Shown piece after piece: positions 1 through 7,047 of a stretch of 14,938 bases of DNA. The position numbers and the translations under genes were made by a program. Numbering within the stretch: position 1 is the stretch's first letter; each line of letters begins with the position of its first letter. Below the pieces are notes generated by a model. That model did not search any database. It was given only the letters and a program-made list of their open reading frames with translations, and had not been told where the DNA came from. Source of the stretch: Verrucomicrobiota bacterium (lineage in GTDB: Bacteria; Verrucomicrobiota; Verrucomicrobiia; Limisphaerales; CANJSG01). The DNA lies in contig JBBQXJ010000100.1 of NCBI GenBank assembly GCA_038209745.1, positions 1 to 14,938 on the forward strand, read 5' to 3'.

Positions 1-260
1 GCCTTTGGGTGCGCTGGACTGCGGCCAAACACACGCCCGCGCTGTTCGCGGCTAGGGCGAAAACCGCACGGCTGATCGAACGTCACCTCGAAGGCGTCAT
101 GGCGCACTGGTTACGCGGCACGACCAACGCCTTCCTCGAAGCCCTCAACCGCGTCTTCTCCGCCGTCAAGCGCAAGGCCCGCAGCTTCCGCTCCTTCAAG
201 AACCTCATCTCCAGGCTCTACTTCACCGCCGGTCGCCTCGACTTGCCCGCTACCCTCTGA
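1..260 (+). CDS. ISL3-family transposase, C-terminal part (runs off the left edge; possibly degenerate)
   Basis: The frame is open from base 3. Translation [55 protein letters not shown] resembles the ISL3 C-terminal signature (TN..E.lN...q..KR.ARG(Y/F)R...l..m.Y...G.L). Stop TGA at 258-260. Confidence 0.85.
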   Translation, partial: LWVRWTAAKHTPALFAARAKTARLIERHLEGVMAHWLRGTTNAFLEALNRVFSAVKRKARSFRSFKNLISRLYFTAGRLDLPATL

Positions 261-275
261 AAACAGTGAGGAACC
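252..275 (+). mobile_element. Probable right terminal inverted repeat of the ISL3 element
   Basis: ACCCTCTGAAAACAGTGAGGAACC overlaps the transposase stop and ends in GAGGAACC, giving a GGTTCCTC terminus on the other strand, as is typical of ISL3 ends. The partner IR is outside the window. Confidence 0.6.
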
Positions 276-332
276 ATCCAAGAATCGAACGGGATCGAGC
301 CGGACAGGAATGTCACCGGAGCTTCGCGGGCT

Positions 333-2693
333 TCAACCGGTCGGCTTGGGGACGAGGCGCCGGAGGGCGTCGGGATGGATCGGCTTGGTGAGATAGTCGT
401 CCATGCCGGAGGCGAGGCATCGCTCGCGATCACCCAAAAGGGCGTTGGCCGTGAGCGCGATGATGGGCACGTGGCGTTCTCCATTCTCGCGCTGGCGAAT
501 GGCGGCGGTGGCTTCGAATCCGTCCATTTCCGGCATCTGACAGTCCATCAGGATGAGATCGTAGAGGCGCTCTCCGGCCATCGAGACCGCATCAAGGCCG
601 TTGTCCGCGAGATCCACGATGCAGCCCATTTCTTCGAGGATCCGAACGGCCAGCATCTGGTTGGTCGGCGAATCTTCGGCGACGAGAACCCGGCTGCCTG
701 ACGGCTCCGGCGCGAAGGGATCCTCGGGTTCCGCGGCTTCAGCCAACAGCGCGGGGCGCGCTGCCACTCCGGGGGGAGTCGACCGGAGAGCCGTTTCCAA
801 GGCGGAACAAAGGAGCTGGTCGCGGATGGCGGGCTTGGGCAGTTGGCCGACGAATCCGCGGAAGTTCAGCACGGTCGCACCGAGCCCGCCGGCCGCGGTC
901 ATGAGCAAAAGACGTGGCCGGACCGGTTCGGGGATTCTCTGGAGGTCCGCCGCCAAAGCGATGGCGTCATAGTCCCCTTCGAATTCATCCAGCAGAGCGA
1001 GATCGAACGGGGACCCTTGTTCGACCGCCTGCACAATGAGGGCCAATGCCTCCCGGGCCGACCCGGCGGCGGCATGGGAAATCTGCCAGGCGGCGAGCCG
1101 ATCGCACAGCAGGCGGAGCACGATCGGATTGTCGTCGGCGACAAGAAGCCGGGCCTTGCCGATGTCCGGACGGTTCGCACCGGTCCGCTGGCTCGATTCT
1201 TCCAGGGGAAGCGTGAACCAGAACGTGGAGCCGATGCCTTGCAGGCTGACGAATCCCATCTGCCCGCCCATGAGCCCGCTCAACCGTTTGGCGATGGCGA
1301 GCCCGAGTCCCGTGCCCCCGAACTTACGGGTGGTGGTGGAGTCGGCCTGGGTGAACTTTTGGAACAAGTCCCCTTGTTTGTCCGCCGGGATCCCGATTCC
1401 CGTGTCCGTAACGCAGAAAAGAACCATGGATTCGGCGAAAGCCTCCGGGGGCAATCCTGGACAGCGTTCGCGAAAGGTGTGGGCCGGGCCAACCTCGACG
1501 AGCACGTGGCCGCGCTGGGTGAACTTGATGGCGTTGCCGACGAGATTCACAAGGATCTGCCGCACCCGGCCGGGATCGCCCACCAGTTCGGCCGGCAACG
1601 AGGCGTCGCAGCTGAGGACCAGCTCGATCTTCTTCTCCAACGCCCTCGGGGCCAGCAGCTCCAAGGTGTCTTCGAGGGCCGTTGATACGGAAAATGGAAT
1701 GGCTTCGACGACGAGTTTCCCTGCCTCGATCTTCGAGAAGTCGAGGATGTCGTTGATGATGGTCAGGAGGGACTCGCCGGAGCGGTTGATGATCTCCGCG
1801 TATCGGCGCTGCTTGGCGTCGAGCGGGGTCTCCAGCAGAAGATGGGCGAACCCGACGACGCCGTTCATCGGCGTGCGGATCTCATGGCTCATGGTGGCGA
1901 GGAAGTCGCTCTTGGCCCGACCGGCGGCCTCCGCCGATTCCTTGGCCAGCCGAAGGGTTTCCTCGACCCGCTTGTGGAAGGTGATGTCGCGGGTGATCTC
2001 GACGAACTGCGGACCGGTCGGAGTTTCCGGAATGAACGAAAGCGTGGTATCGGCCCAGAACTCCTCCCCGCTCCGCTTGAAGCGCATGCCCTGGAAGGAA
2101 CAGCTCCGATCTTCGCGGACCCGCTCGAGGAGACGCGCCGGAATCCGGTCGACGCGATCGGCCTCGTTGAAGGTTTGGTCGAAGTCCATGCCGCGCGCCT
2201 CGTCGACCGTATGGCCCAGGAGGATCTTGGCGCCTTCGTTCCATCGGACCACGCGGCCGTCGTCGTCGTAGCTGACGATGGCATAGTCGCGGGCAGTACC
2301 GACGATGAGTCCGAGTTCCTCCTCGTTGGAGCGGAGGCGGGCTTCGGCCTGGTTGCGCAGGCGCACCTGTTCCTGGATCAGGTTGCAGAGGGAGAGAATG
2401 TCGTCCCAGCCTTCTCCGGGAGGGGCGGCGACCGCGATGTCGAGTCCGTGCATGGCCGCGCGGAGGCTCTCAAGCACGGCGCCGGTGCGCGCGTTCTGCG
2501 CAAGGAGCCGGGTATTGGAATGGAGGAGCTCCATGGAACCCAGTTCCATCGTGTGTTCCGCGAGCTTCCGATCCGCGTCGAACTGCTCGTAGGACTGCTC
2601 CACCGCGCGAAGCAGCCCCGCCCAGGGCTCGTCGACAATGACGTCCCCGAGATGTTCGCGCAGCTGGCGTTGAAGAAGCGGGTGACGATTCAT
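333..2693 (-). CDS. Cytoplasmic hybrid sensor histidine kinase (N-terminal helical domain, PAS, HisKA, HATPase, REC, REC)
   Basis: H-box [16 protein letters not shown]-box [15 protein letters not shown]1 DTGIGI, G2 GGTGLGL. C-terminal receiver has VLVAED...[13 protein letters not shown]...KP. PAS has [19 protein letters not shown]...RDIT. ATG at 2693 follows GGAGG by 4 nt and is preferred over the ORF-track start at 2744. Confidence 0.93.
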   Translation of the reverse strand: MNRHPLLQRQLREHLGDVIVDEPWAGLLRAVEQSYEQFDADRKLAEHTMELGSMELLHSNTRLLAQNARTGAVLESLRAAMHGLDIAVAAPPGEGWDDILSLCNLIQEQVRLRNQAEARLRSNEEELGLIVGTARDYAIVSYDDDGRVVRWNEGAKILLGHTVDEARGMDFDQTFNEADRVDRIPARLLERVREDRSCSFQGMRFKRSGEEFWADTTLSFIPETPTGPQFVEITRDITFHKRVEETLRLAKESAEAAGRAKSDFLATMSHEIRTPMNGVVGFAHLLLETPLDAKQRRYAEIINRSGESLLTIINDILDFSKIEAGKLVVEAIPFSVSTALEDTLELLAPRALEKKIELVLSCDASLPAELVGDPGRVRQILVNLVGNAIKFTQRGHVLVEVGPAHTFRERCPGLPPEAFAESMVLFCVTDTGIGIPADKQGDLFQKFTQADSTTTRKFGGTGLGLAIAKRLSGLMGGQMGFVSLQGIGSTFWFTLPLEESSQRTGANRPDIGKARLLVADDNPIVLRLLCDRLAAWQISHAAAGSAREALALIVQAVEQGSPFDLALLDEFEGDYDAIALAADLQRIPEPVRPRLLLMTAAGGLGATVLNFRGFVGQLPKPAIRDQLLCSALETALRSTPPGVAARPALLAEAAEPEDPFAPEPSGSRVLVAEDSPTNQMLAVRILEEMGCIVDLADNGLDAVSMAGERLYDLILMDCQMPEMDGFEATAAIRQRENGERHVPIIALTANALLGDRERCLASGMDDYLTKPIHPDALRRLVPKPTG

Positions 2694-2718
2694 CAATCCT
2701 CCAAGAAGGTGGAATTTT

Positions 2719-2967
2719 TCATAATCCGACATTCGAGCCGGCACCGGATCTCGCTGCTGCCAGAAGCAATTTCTCTAGTGACTTGGAGGCGGTCGACGCG
2801 AAGAGAACCGATGCAGGCGCATGGGATCGTCGATTGGTGCCTGGGCAGGAGGGGATCGCGAACGGGTCGCGCTCAACGAAAGCAAGGTCCAGCCGGTTGG
2901 TTTGGTCCATCGCCAAAGACGCGTCGTCGCGAGGGTCGTTGATCCTCAGTTGTTCAGTGGCAATCAT
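2719..2967 (-). CDS. Possible small hypothetical protein (82 aa)
   Basis: ATG at 2967 is preceded by SD-like GAGGAGAGGACATC. It fills the gap between the ExeB-like gene and the kinase in the same orientation and ends 25 nt before the kinase ATG. No recognisable motif. Confidence 0.35.
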   Translation of the reverse strand: MIATEQLRINDPRDDASLAMDQTNRLDLAFVERDPFAIPSCPGTNRRSHAPASVLFASTASKSLEKLLLAAARSGAGSNVGL

Positions 2968-3060
2968 GATGTCCTCTCCTCTATCGGAATCGGGACGCCC
3001 GACTTCAGAAGTTCCTCCTCTGGACCCGGCGACGAACCGGAGAGGAAGAGCGACCGCAAC

Positions 3061-3696
3061 CTAGCGTAGTTCCAGTGTTTCCCGGCGACCGCCCCGTTCA
3101 ATGACCACGAGGCTGCGTTGGATTTCGACGACCTTTGCACCATCGACCGACTCACCGACCTCCAGGGTCCGGCCGTTCAGGATGGCGGTGGGATTCCGCA
3201 GTCGGAACAAGATGGCTTGGAGTTTGATGTTGGCCGGAACGGCGGCAGGCACAACGGCAACCGAGGAAGCTCCGGCGGGAGCAGGCTGGACGGAAGGCCC
3301 TGGGGAAGCGGTCGGAGCCACCACGACCGGACCGGCGGCGACGACCCGACCGACAACAGACCGCGGGGCTGATTCAACCGCGAGGGAGGGACCATCCCTT
3401 TCTGCGGGCAAATCAACCACCGACCTCGCAGCCGGCGGGATGTGGGTCGGGTCGGCCGAGACACTCTGCTGGACGACGGCTGGAACCTGCCCGGCCCGCC
3501 TCGCTTGCTGCCACTTCCAGAAAAAGAATCCACTTGCACCCACCATCACCAGGATTAGCACCTGAACGACGCGGTTCAGGTGAGGTTTGACGACGGCGGG
3601 AGCGCCGATCACCGGGAGCATCGGGGCTCCGGGTGCGGCGGCGGGAGGCGGCTGGTTCTGGTGGGCCCGTTTCAGGGCGTCGTTGATCAAGCTCAT
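3061..3696 (-). CDS. ExeB/GspB-like (T2SSB domain) bitopic membrane protein, 211 aa
   Basis: Starts MSLINDALKRA, like the GspB-type N-terminus MSxIxxALK. One TM helix (VVQVLILVMVGASGFFFW), a Pro/Ala/Val-rich linker, and a C-terminal IKLQAILF...TAILNGRTLEVGESVDGAKVVEIQRSLVVI domain. The ATG overlaps the upstream TGA (ATGA, 3693-3696). Confidence 0.75.
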   Translation of the reverse strand: MSLINDALKRAHQNQPPPAAAPGAPMLPVIGAPAVVKPHLNRVVQVLILVMVGASGFFFWKWQQARRAGQVPAVVQQSVSADPTHIPPAARSVVDLPAERDGPSLAVESAPRSVVGRVVAAGPVVVAPTASPGPSVQPAPAGASSVAVVPAAVPANIKLQAILFRLRNPTAILNGRTLEVGESVDGAKVVEIQRSLVVIERGGRRETLELR

Positions 3697-4505
3697 GCGA
3701 TGTTTCCTTCGAGTTCGCGGATGGCGCGGCCGACCATGTTGAAGTCGATGCGGCGCGCCTGTTCGACAAAGCCCGCGAGAAGGCATTTGTCGCCAAGGGC
3801 GTTGACGAGACGGGGAATCCCCTGGCTGTAGCGGTGCAGCCGCCAGAGGGCCGCGCCGCTGAACTGCGGCGATCCATTGGATCCCGCCACTGCGAGACGA
3901 TGGGCGATGTAGTGGCCGAGTTCGCCCAGGCGGAGCGCGCGCAGATGGTAGCGGACGGTGATGCGCTGGCGGAGCTGGCGGAGGTTGTGCGCGTCGAGCC
4001 GGTCCCGCAGCTCGGGCTGCCCCAGCAGGACTATCTGGAGGAGCTTGCGGTCCTCGGTTTCGAGATTGGAGAGGAGGCGGACCTGTTCGAGCAGCTCGTC
4101 CGACAAGTCCTGGGCCTCGTCGATGATGAGGACGGAGTCGCGGCCGTCCGCGAGTTGCCGAAGCAGGAAGGCGTTGATGTTGGCCACGGTGTCGAGGCGG
4201 TCGCACCCCTTCACGTCCAGCCCGAACTCCATCGCGATGGCCTTCATGAGCCCGTCGGGATCGAGGATCGGATTCAGGATCAGAGCGGTGGAAAAAGTGT
4301 CCCCCAGCTCGTTCAGGAGGGCTCGACAAAGCGTCGTTTTGCCCGCACCGACCTCGCCGGTCAGCTGCACGAATCCCTTGCGCTCGCGGATGCCGTAGAG
4401 GAGGTGGTTGAAGGCCTCCCGATGCTTGTCGCTGTAGAAAAGGAAGCGCGGGTTCGGCGTGATGGCGAACGGTGGTTCTTTCAGTCCGTAAAATTCCAGA
4501 TACAC
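3693..4505 (-). CDS. ExeA/GspA (MshM-like) AAA+ ATPase, 270 aa, ATPase domain only
   Basis: Family N-terminus (M)YLEFYGLKEPPFAITPNPRFLF from GTG at 4505. Walker A GEVGAGKT, Walker B VLIIDEAQ, LQIVLLGQPEL, LRQRI, SQGIPRLVN. Confidence 0.92.
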   Translation of the reverse strand: MYLEFYGLKEPPFAITPNPRFLFYSDKHREAFNHLLYGIRERKGFVQLTGEVGAGKTTLCRALLNELGDTFSTALILNPILDPDGLMKAIAMEFGLDVKGCDRLDTVANINAFLLRQLADGRDSVLIIDEAQDLSDELLEQVRLLSNLETEDRKLLQIVLLGQPELRDRLDAHNLRQLRQRITVRYHLRALRLGELGHYIAHRLAVAGSNGSPQFSGAALWRLHRYSQGIPRLVNALGDKCLLAGFVEQARRIDFNMVGRAIRELEGNIA

Positions 4506-4804
4506 GTCAGGTCGTTGCTTTCGAGCCGGCACCCATCCTGATGCCCCGGCCCAACTTTCACGCGTGAGTCGTCCCTGACCCCGCTCCACGCCGGCCGACA
4601 CGGACGACGCACCCCGACGGCTCCAAAGGGATCCGTCCGGTTGCACGGATCATCGGTGATCGCAGATCCTAGCTTGAGCAATCAAGCCGTCGGCTCCCCG
4701 TTTTGTCCACCGTCCCGCCAAAAAAAGACGGAAGAACGCCCCCTGAAAAAATCAAACGCCCCCGTTCCAAATGGAGAACAGTGGCGTCCAAACAACTTGG
4801 CCGA

Positions 4805-5899
4805 TCAGGCTTCCAACGGCTGGATGCGGACTTCCTGGATCTCCATGAACGGGATCGTCTCGTCGGCCGTGACGTTCCCTTTGAAGATCTGCAGCGCCAA
4901 CTGGGTCTGGTCGATGCTCGTGATCCGTTTCCCGACAAACTCGCCGCGGACGGCGCGAATATGGAGAACCAAGTCCTTTTCCTCTTCCCTCGGCACAGCG
5001 CGGAAGAAGCCGGGCATCTTCGTTTCGAAGAACCGCCGATTGAAGATGAACTTGCCCTTCTCGAAGGTCTGCACCCGGGAATCGACCGTCGCCGCAGCAG
5101 CTTCCGCCGTCGGCGCCGCTCCGGCGACGGCGGCCGCGGAAACACCGCCCGCAGTCCCCGCCAAACCGATGTTCGTGGCTCCGGCTCCCATGGCGATGGT
5201 CGGCGCTTCGCCCTTCTTCTTGCGCAGCGGGACCGTCGGGACCAGCACGCCCTCGGCCGGAGCCGCGGATCCATCCACCGGCGCTGCGGCGGCCGGGGCC
5301 GGTTCGGGCTCGTCTTCTTCCTCCACGATCAAAGGCACCACCTTCGTGGGGATGAAGGCAAATACCAGAGGCCCGGCGACCGGAATCAATCCAAGGCCAA
5401 GACCCATGCCCACGGTTTGCCCCCGGAAGATCGCCAACTCGAATCCCGCATAGAGATTGGCGGCGTAGGCCAGAACCACCAGAAGGAGACCGAGTGGGCT
5501 GCTGAAGAGGGCGAACAGGCCCTTGGAAGGCTGTGTCTTCCGTTCGACTTCCCTCGCCTTGTCCTGCTCTTCTTGAAAGGCCGGAGCCGTGACGATGATC
5601 TGTTTCCGTAGCTCCTGTTCACGGACGTAGTCCTCGATGAAGGGCTCGACGAAGGCACGGTCCTTCGGAGTCTTGGCCTCTTCGGCCAGTAGCTTGAGGG
5701 ATTCCTGGCTGAAGCGGGCCCATGAGATCCGCGGAGGAAGACCCGAATTGTCGCGCAAGATGAGACCCGTCTCGCCATAGGCCACCGGCTCTCCCGTGGC
5801 AGTCGAACCGTCGGTCAGCCGATAGGACCCCGCCAAAACCGGCTGAACCAACAGGACCGCCAAGAGAAAACACATCAGGGAGAGGCGCATCGGTTGCAT
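4805..5899 (-). CDS. Hypothetical exported/membrane protein (signal peptide, small beta domain, central TM segments, low-complexity linker, C-terminal beta domain)
   Basis: Signal peptide MRLSLMCFLLAVLLVQPVLA (ATG at 5899 or 5890). Hydrophobic segments LGLLLVVLAYAANLYAGF and LGLGLIPVAGPLVFAFIP. Acidic/Ala-Pro linker. Co-oriented with its neighbours. Confidence 0.8.
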   Translation of the reverse strand: MQPMRLSLMCFLLAVLLVQPVLAGSYRLTDGSTATGEPVAYGETGLILRDNSGLPPRISWARFSQESLKLLAEEAKTPKDRAFVEPFIEDYVREQELRKQIIVTAPAFQEEQDKAREVERKTQPSKGLFALFSSPLGLLLVVLAYAANLYAGFELAIFRGQTVGMGLGLGLIPVAGPLVFAFIPTKVVPLIVEEEDEPEPAPAAAAPVDGSAAPAEGVLVPTVPLRKKKGEAPTIAMGAGATNIGLAGTAGGVSAAAVAGAAPTAEAAAATVDSRVQTFEKGKFIFNRRFFETKMPGFFRAVPREEEKDLVLHIRAVRGEFVGKRITSIDQTQLALQIFKGNVTADETIPFMEIQEVRIQPLEA

Positions 5900-6027
5900 G
5901 TTTCCGCTGTCCTTAGCAGAGCACCGTCCACGGCGGAAGAGGTTTTTCCGCACCCGCCGCAGCCCTTGGGTGGACGGATTACCCGACGGTGGTTCGCCGC
6001 CAGCGCCACGGAGGTTTTCAGGAAGGA

Positions 6028-6726
6028 TCAGTCCAGGTCGAACACGAGGACTTGGGACGACTGGTTGGCTGTGACCCGAACCAAGGCCTCTTGCGAAAGC
6101 GCCGCAGCATCGCCCGATCGAAGCACTTCGCCTCCGCCAAGGGTCACATCGCCGACGGCCACCTGGAGCCAAACGTGACGACCTGGCCGAATCGGGTGTT
6201 CCACCGACTGGCCGGGCTCGAGCCGGGCCAGTGCCAGATCGGCGTCCTGATGGATGGCGATGGAACCGTCGCGACCGCTCTTGCTGGCCACGAGGTGGAG
6301 CCGTCCGGTCTCCACTTGGGCGAAGGATTTCTCCGCATAGTCGGGAGCCACGCCGTGCTTTTCGGGCGTGATCCAGATCTGGAAGAGATGGACCGGCTCC
6401 ATGGGGGAATGGTTGAACTCGCTATGCTGGATGCCCGTGCCCGCGCTGATCCGCTGCACGTCCCCGGCCCGCATCACGGCGGAGTTGCCCATGCTGTCCC
6501 GATGCTGGAGCGCGCCGCTGACGACATAGGTGATGATCTCCATGTCCCGGTGCGGGTGCATCCCGAAGCCGCCGCCACCCGCGACGATGTCGTCGTTGAT
6601 CACCCGGATCGACCGGAAGTGCATGTGCTTCGGATCATGGAAATCGGCGAAAGAGAAGGTGTGGTAGGACCGGAGCCAACCGTGGTCGGCATGGCCGCGT
6701 TCTTGGGATCTGCGAAGGGTGATCAT
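6028..6726 (-). CDS. Pirin family protein (YhhW-like bicupin)
   Basis: RGHADHGWLRSYHTFSFA, GFGMHPHRDMEIITYV, HRDSMGN, SAGTGIQHSEFN, FQIWI. The metal ligands H-x-H...H-x-E are present. Confidence 0.96.
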   Translation of the reverse strand: MITLRRSQERGHADHGWLRSYHTFSFADFHDPKHMHFRSIRVINDDIVAGGGGFGMHPHRDMEIITYVVSGALQHRDSMGNSAVMRAGDVQRISAGTGIQHSEFNHSPMEPVHLFQIWITPEKHGVAPDYAEKSFAQVETGRLHLVASKSGRDGSIAIHQDADLALARLEPGQSVEHPIRPGRHVWLQVAVGDVTLGGGEVLRSGDAAALSQEALVRVTANQSSQVLVFDLD

Positions 6727-6800
6727 GGTTCGTTGCGTGCTCGATGGAGGAAAGCTGTCACTTATCCCGGCAACTTTCGGACCGTCTACCCACTCCCCAC

Positions 6801-6817
6801 TGCTGGCTTCGTGCCAA
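6801..6817 (-). promoter_or_regulatory. Candidate sigma54 (-24/-12) promoter upstream of pirin
   Basis: Minus strand reads TTGGCACGAAGCCAGCA: consensus -24 box TGGCACG, GC at the canonical spacing, -12 box CAGCA versus consensus TTGCA. It lies about 75 nt upstream of the pirin ATG. Confidence 0.45.
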
Positions 6818-6856
6818 CCGGGCCCATCGCTGACAGTTCCAGCCCCAAACCAATTA

Positions 6857-6880
6857 TTATAAGCTATTAACAGCTTTTAA
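6857..6880. promoter_or_regulatory. AT-rich imperfect 24-bp palindrome, candidate transcription-factor site
   Basis: TTATAAGCTATTAACAGCTTTTAA has 10 of 12 complementary pairs, contains a T-N11-A core and overlaps a minus-strand TATAAT (6856-6861). Confidence 0.5.
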
Positions 6881-7047
6881 AAAATCTCGCCTTCAAACTC
6901 CCCGGGGCAACGAAATATCGTTTCACCGATTATACGTCGTCAATAAAACGAAGCGCCGTTGTCCAACGGTCCCACCTAAAAAACCGAGCGCACTCGTTTT
7001 CAGCAAGCTGCCGTCCGGAGGGAGCTGTCTGGAATCTGCTTCCGTCG

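Noticed and set aside
3697..4329. N-terminal 211 aa of the 422-aa ORF 3061-4329
   Set aside because: Arg/Pro-rich off-frame translation overlapping the ExeA gene; the real start is the coupled ATG at 3696.
4506..4646. 47-aa N-terminal extension of the ExeA ORF
   Set aside because: The family N-terminus (MYxxFYGL) begins at GTG 4505.
5900..6172. N-terminal extension of ORF 4805-6172
   Set aside because: It overlaps pirin and precedes an obvious signal peptide starting at 5899/5890.
6929..6943. TTGACG plus TATAAT as one sigma70 promoter
   Set aside because: The hexamers are only 3 bp apart and cannot form a single -35/-10 pair.
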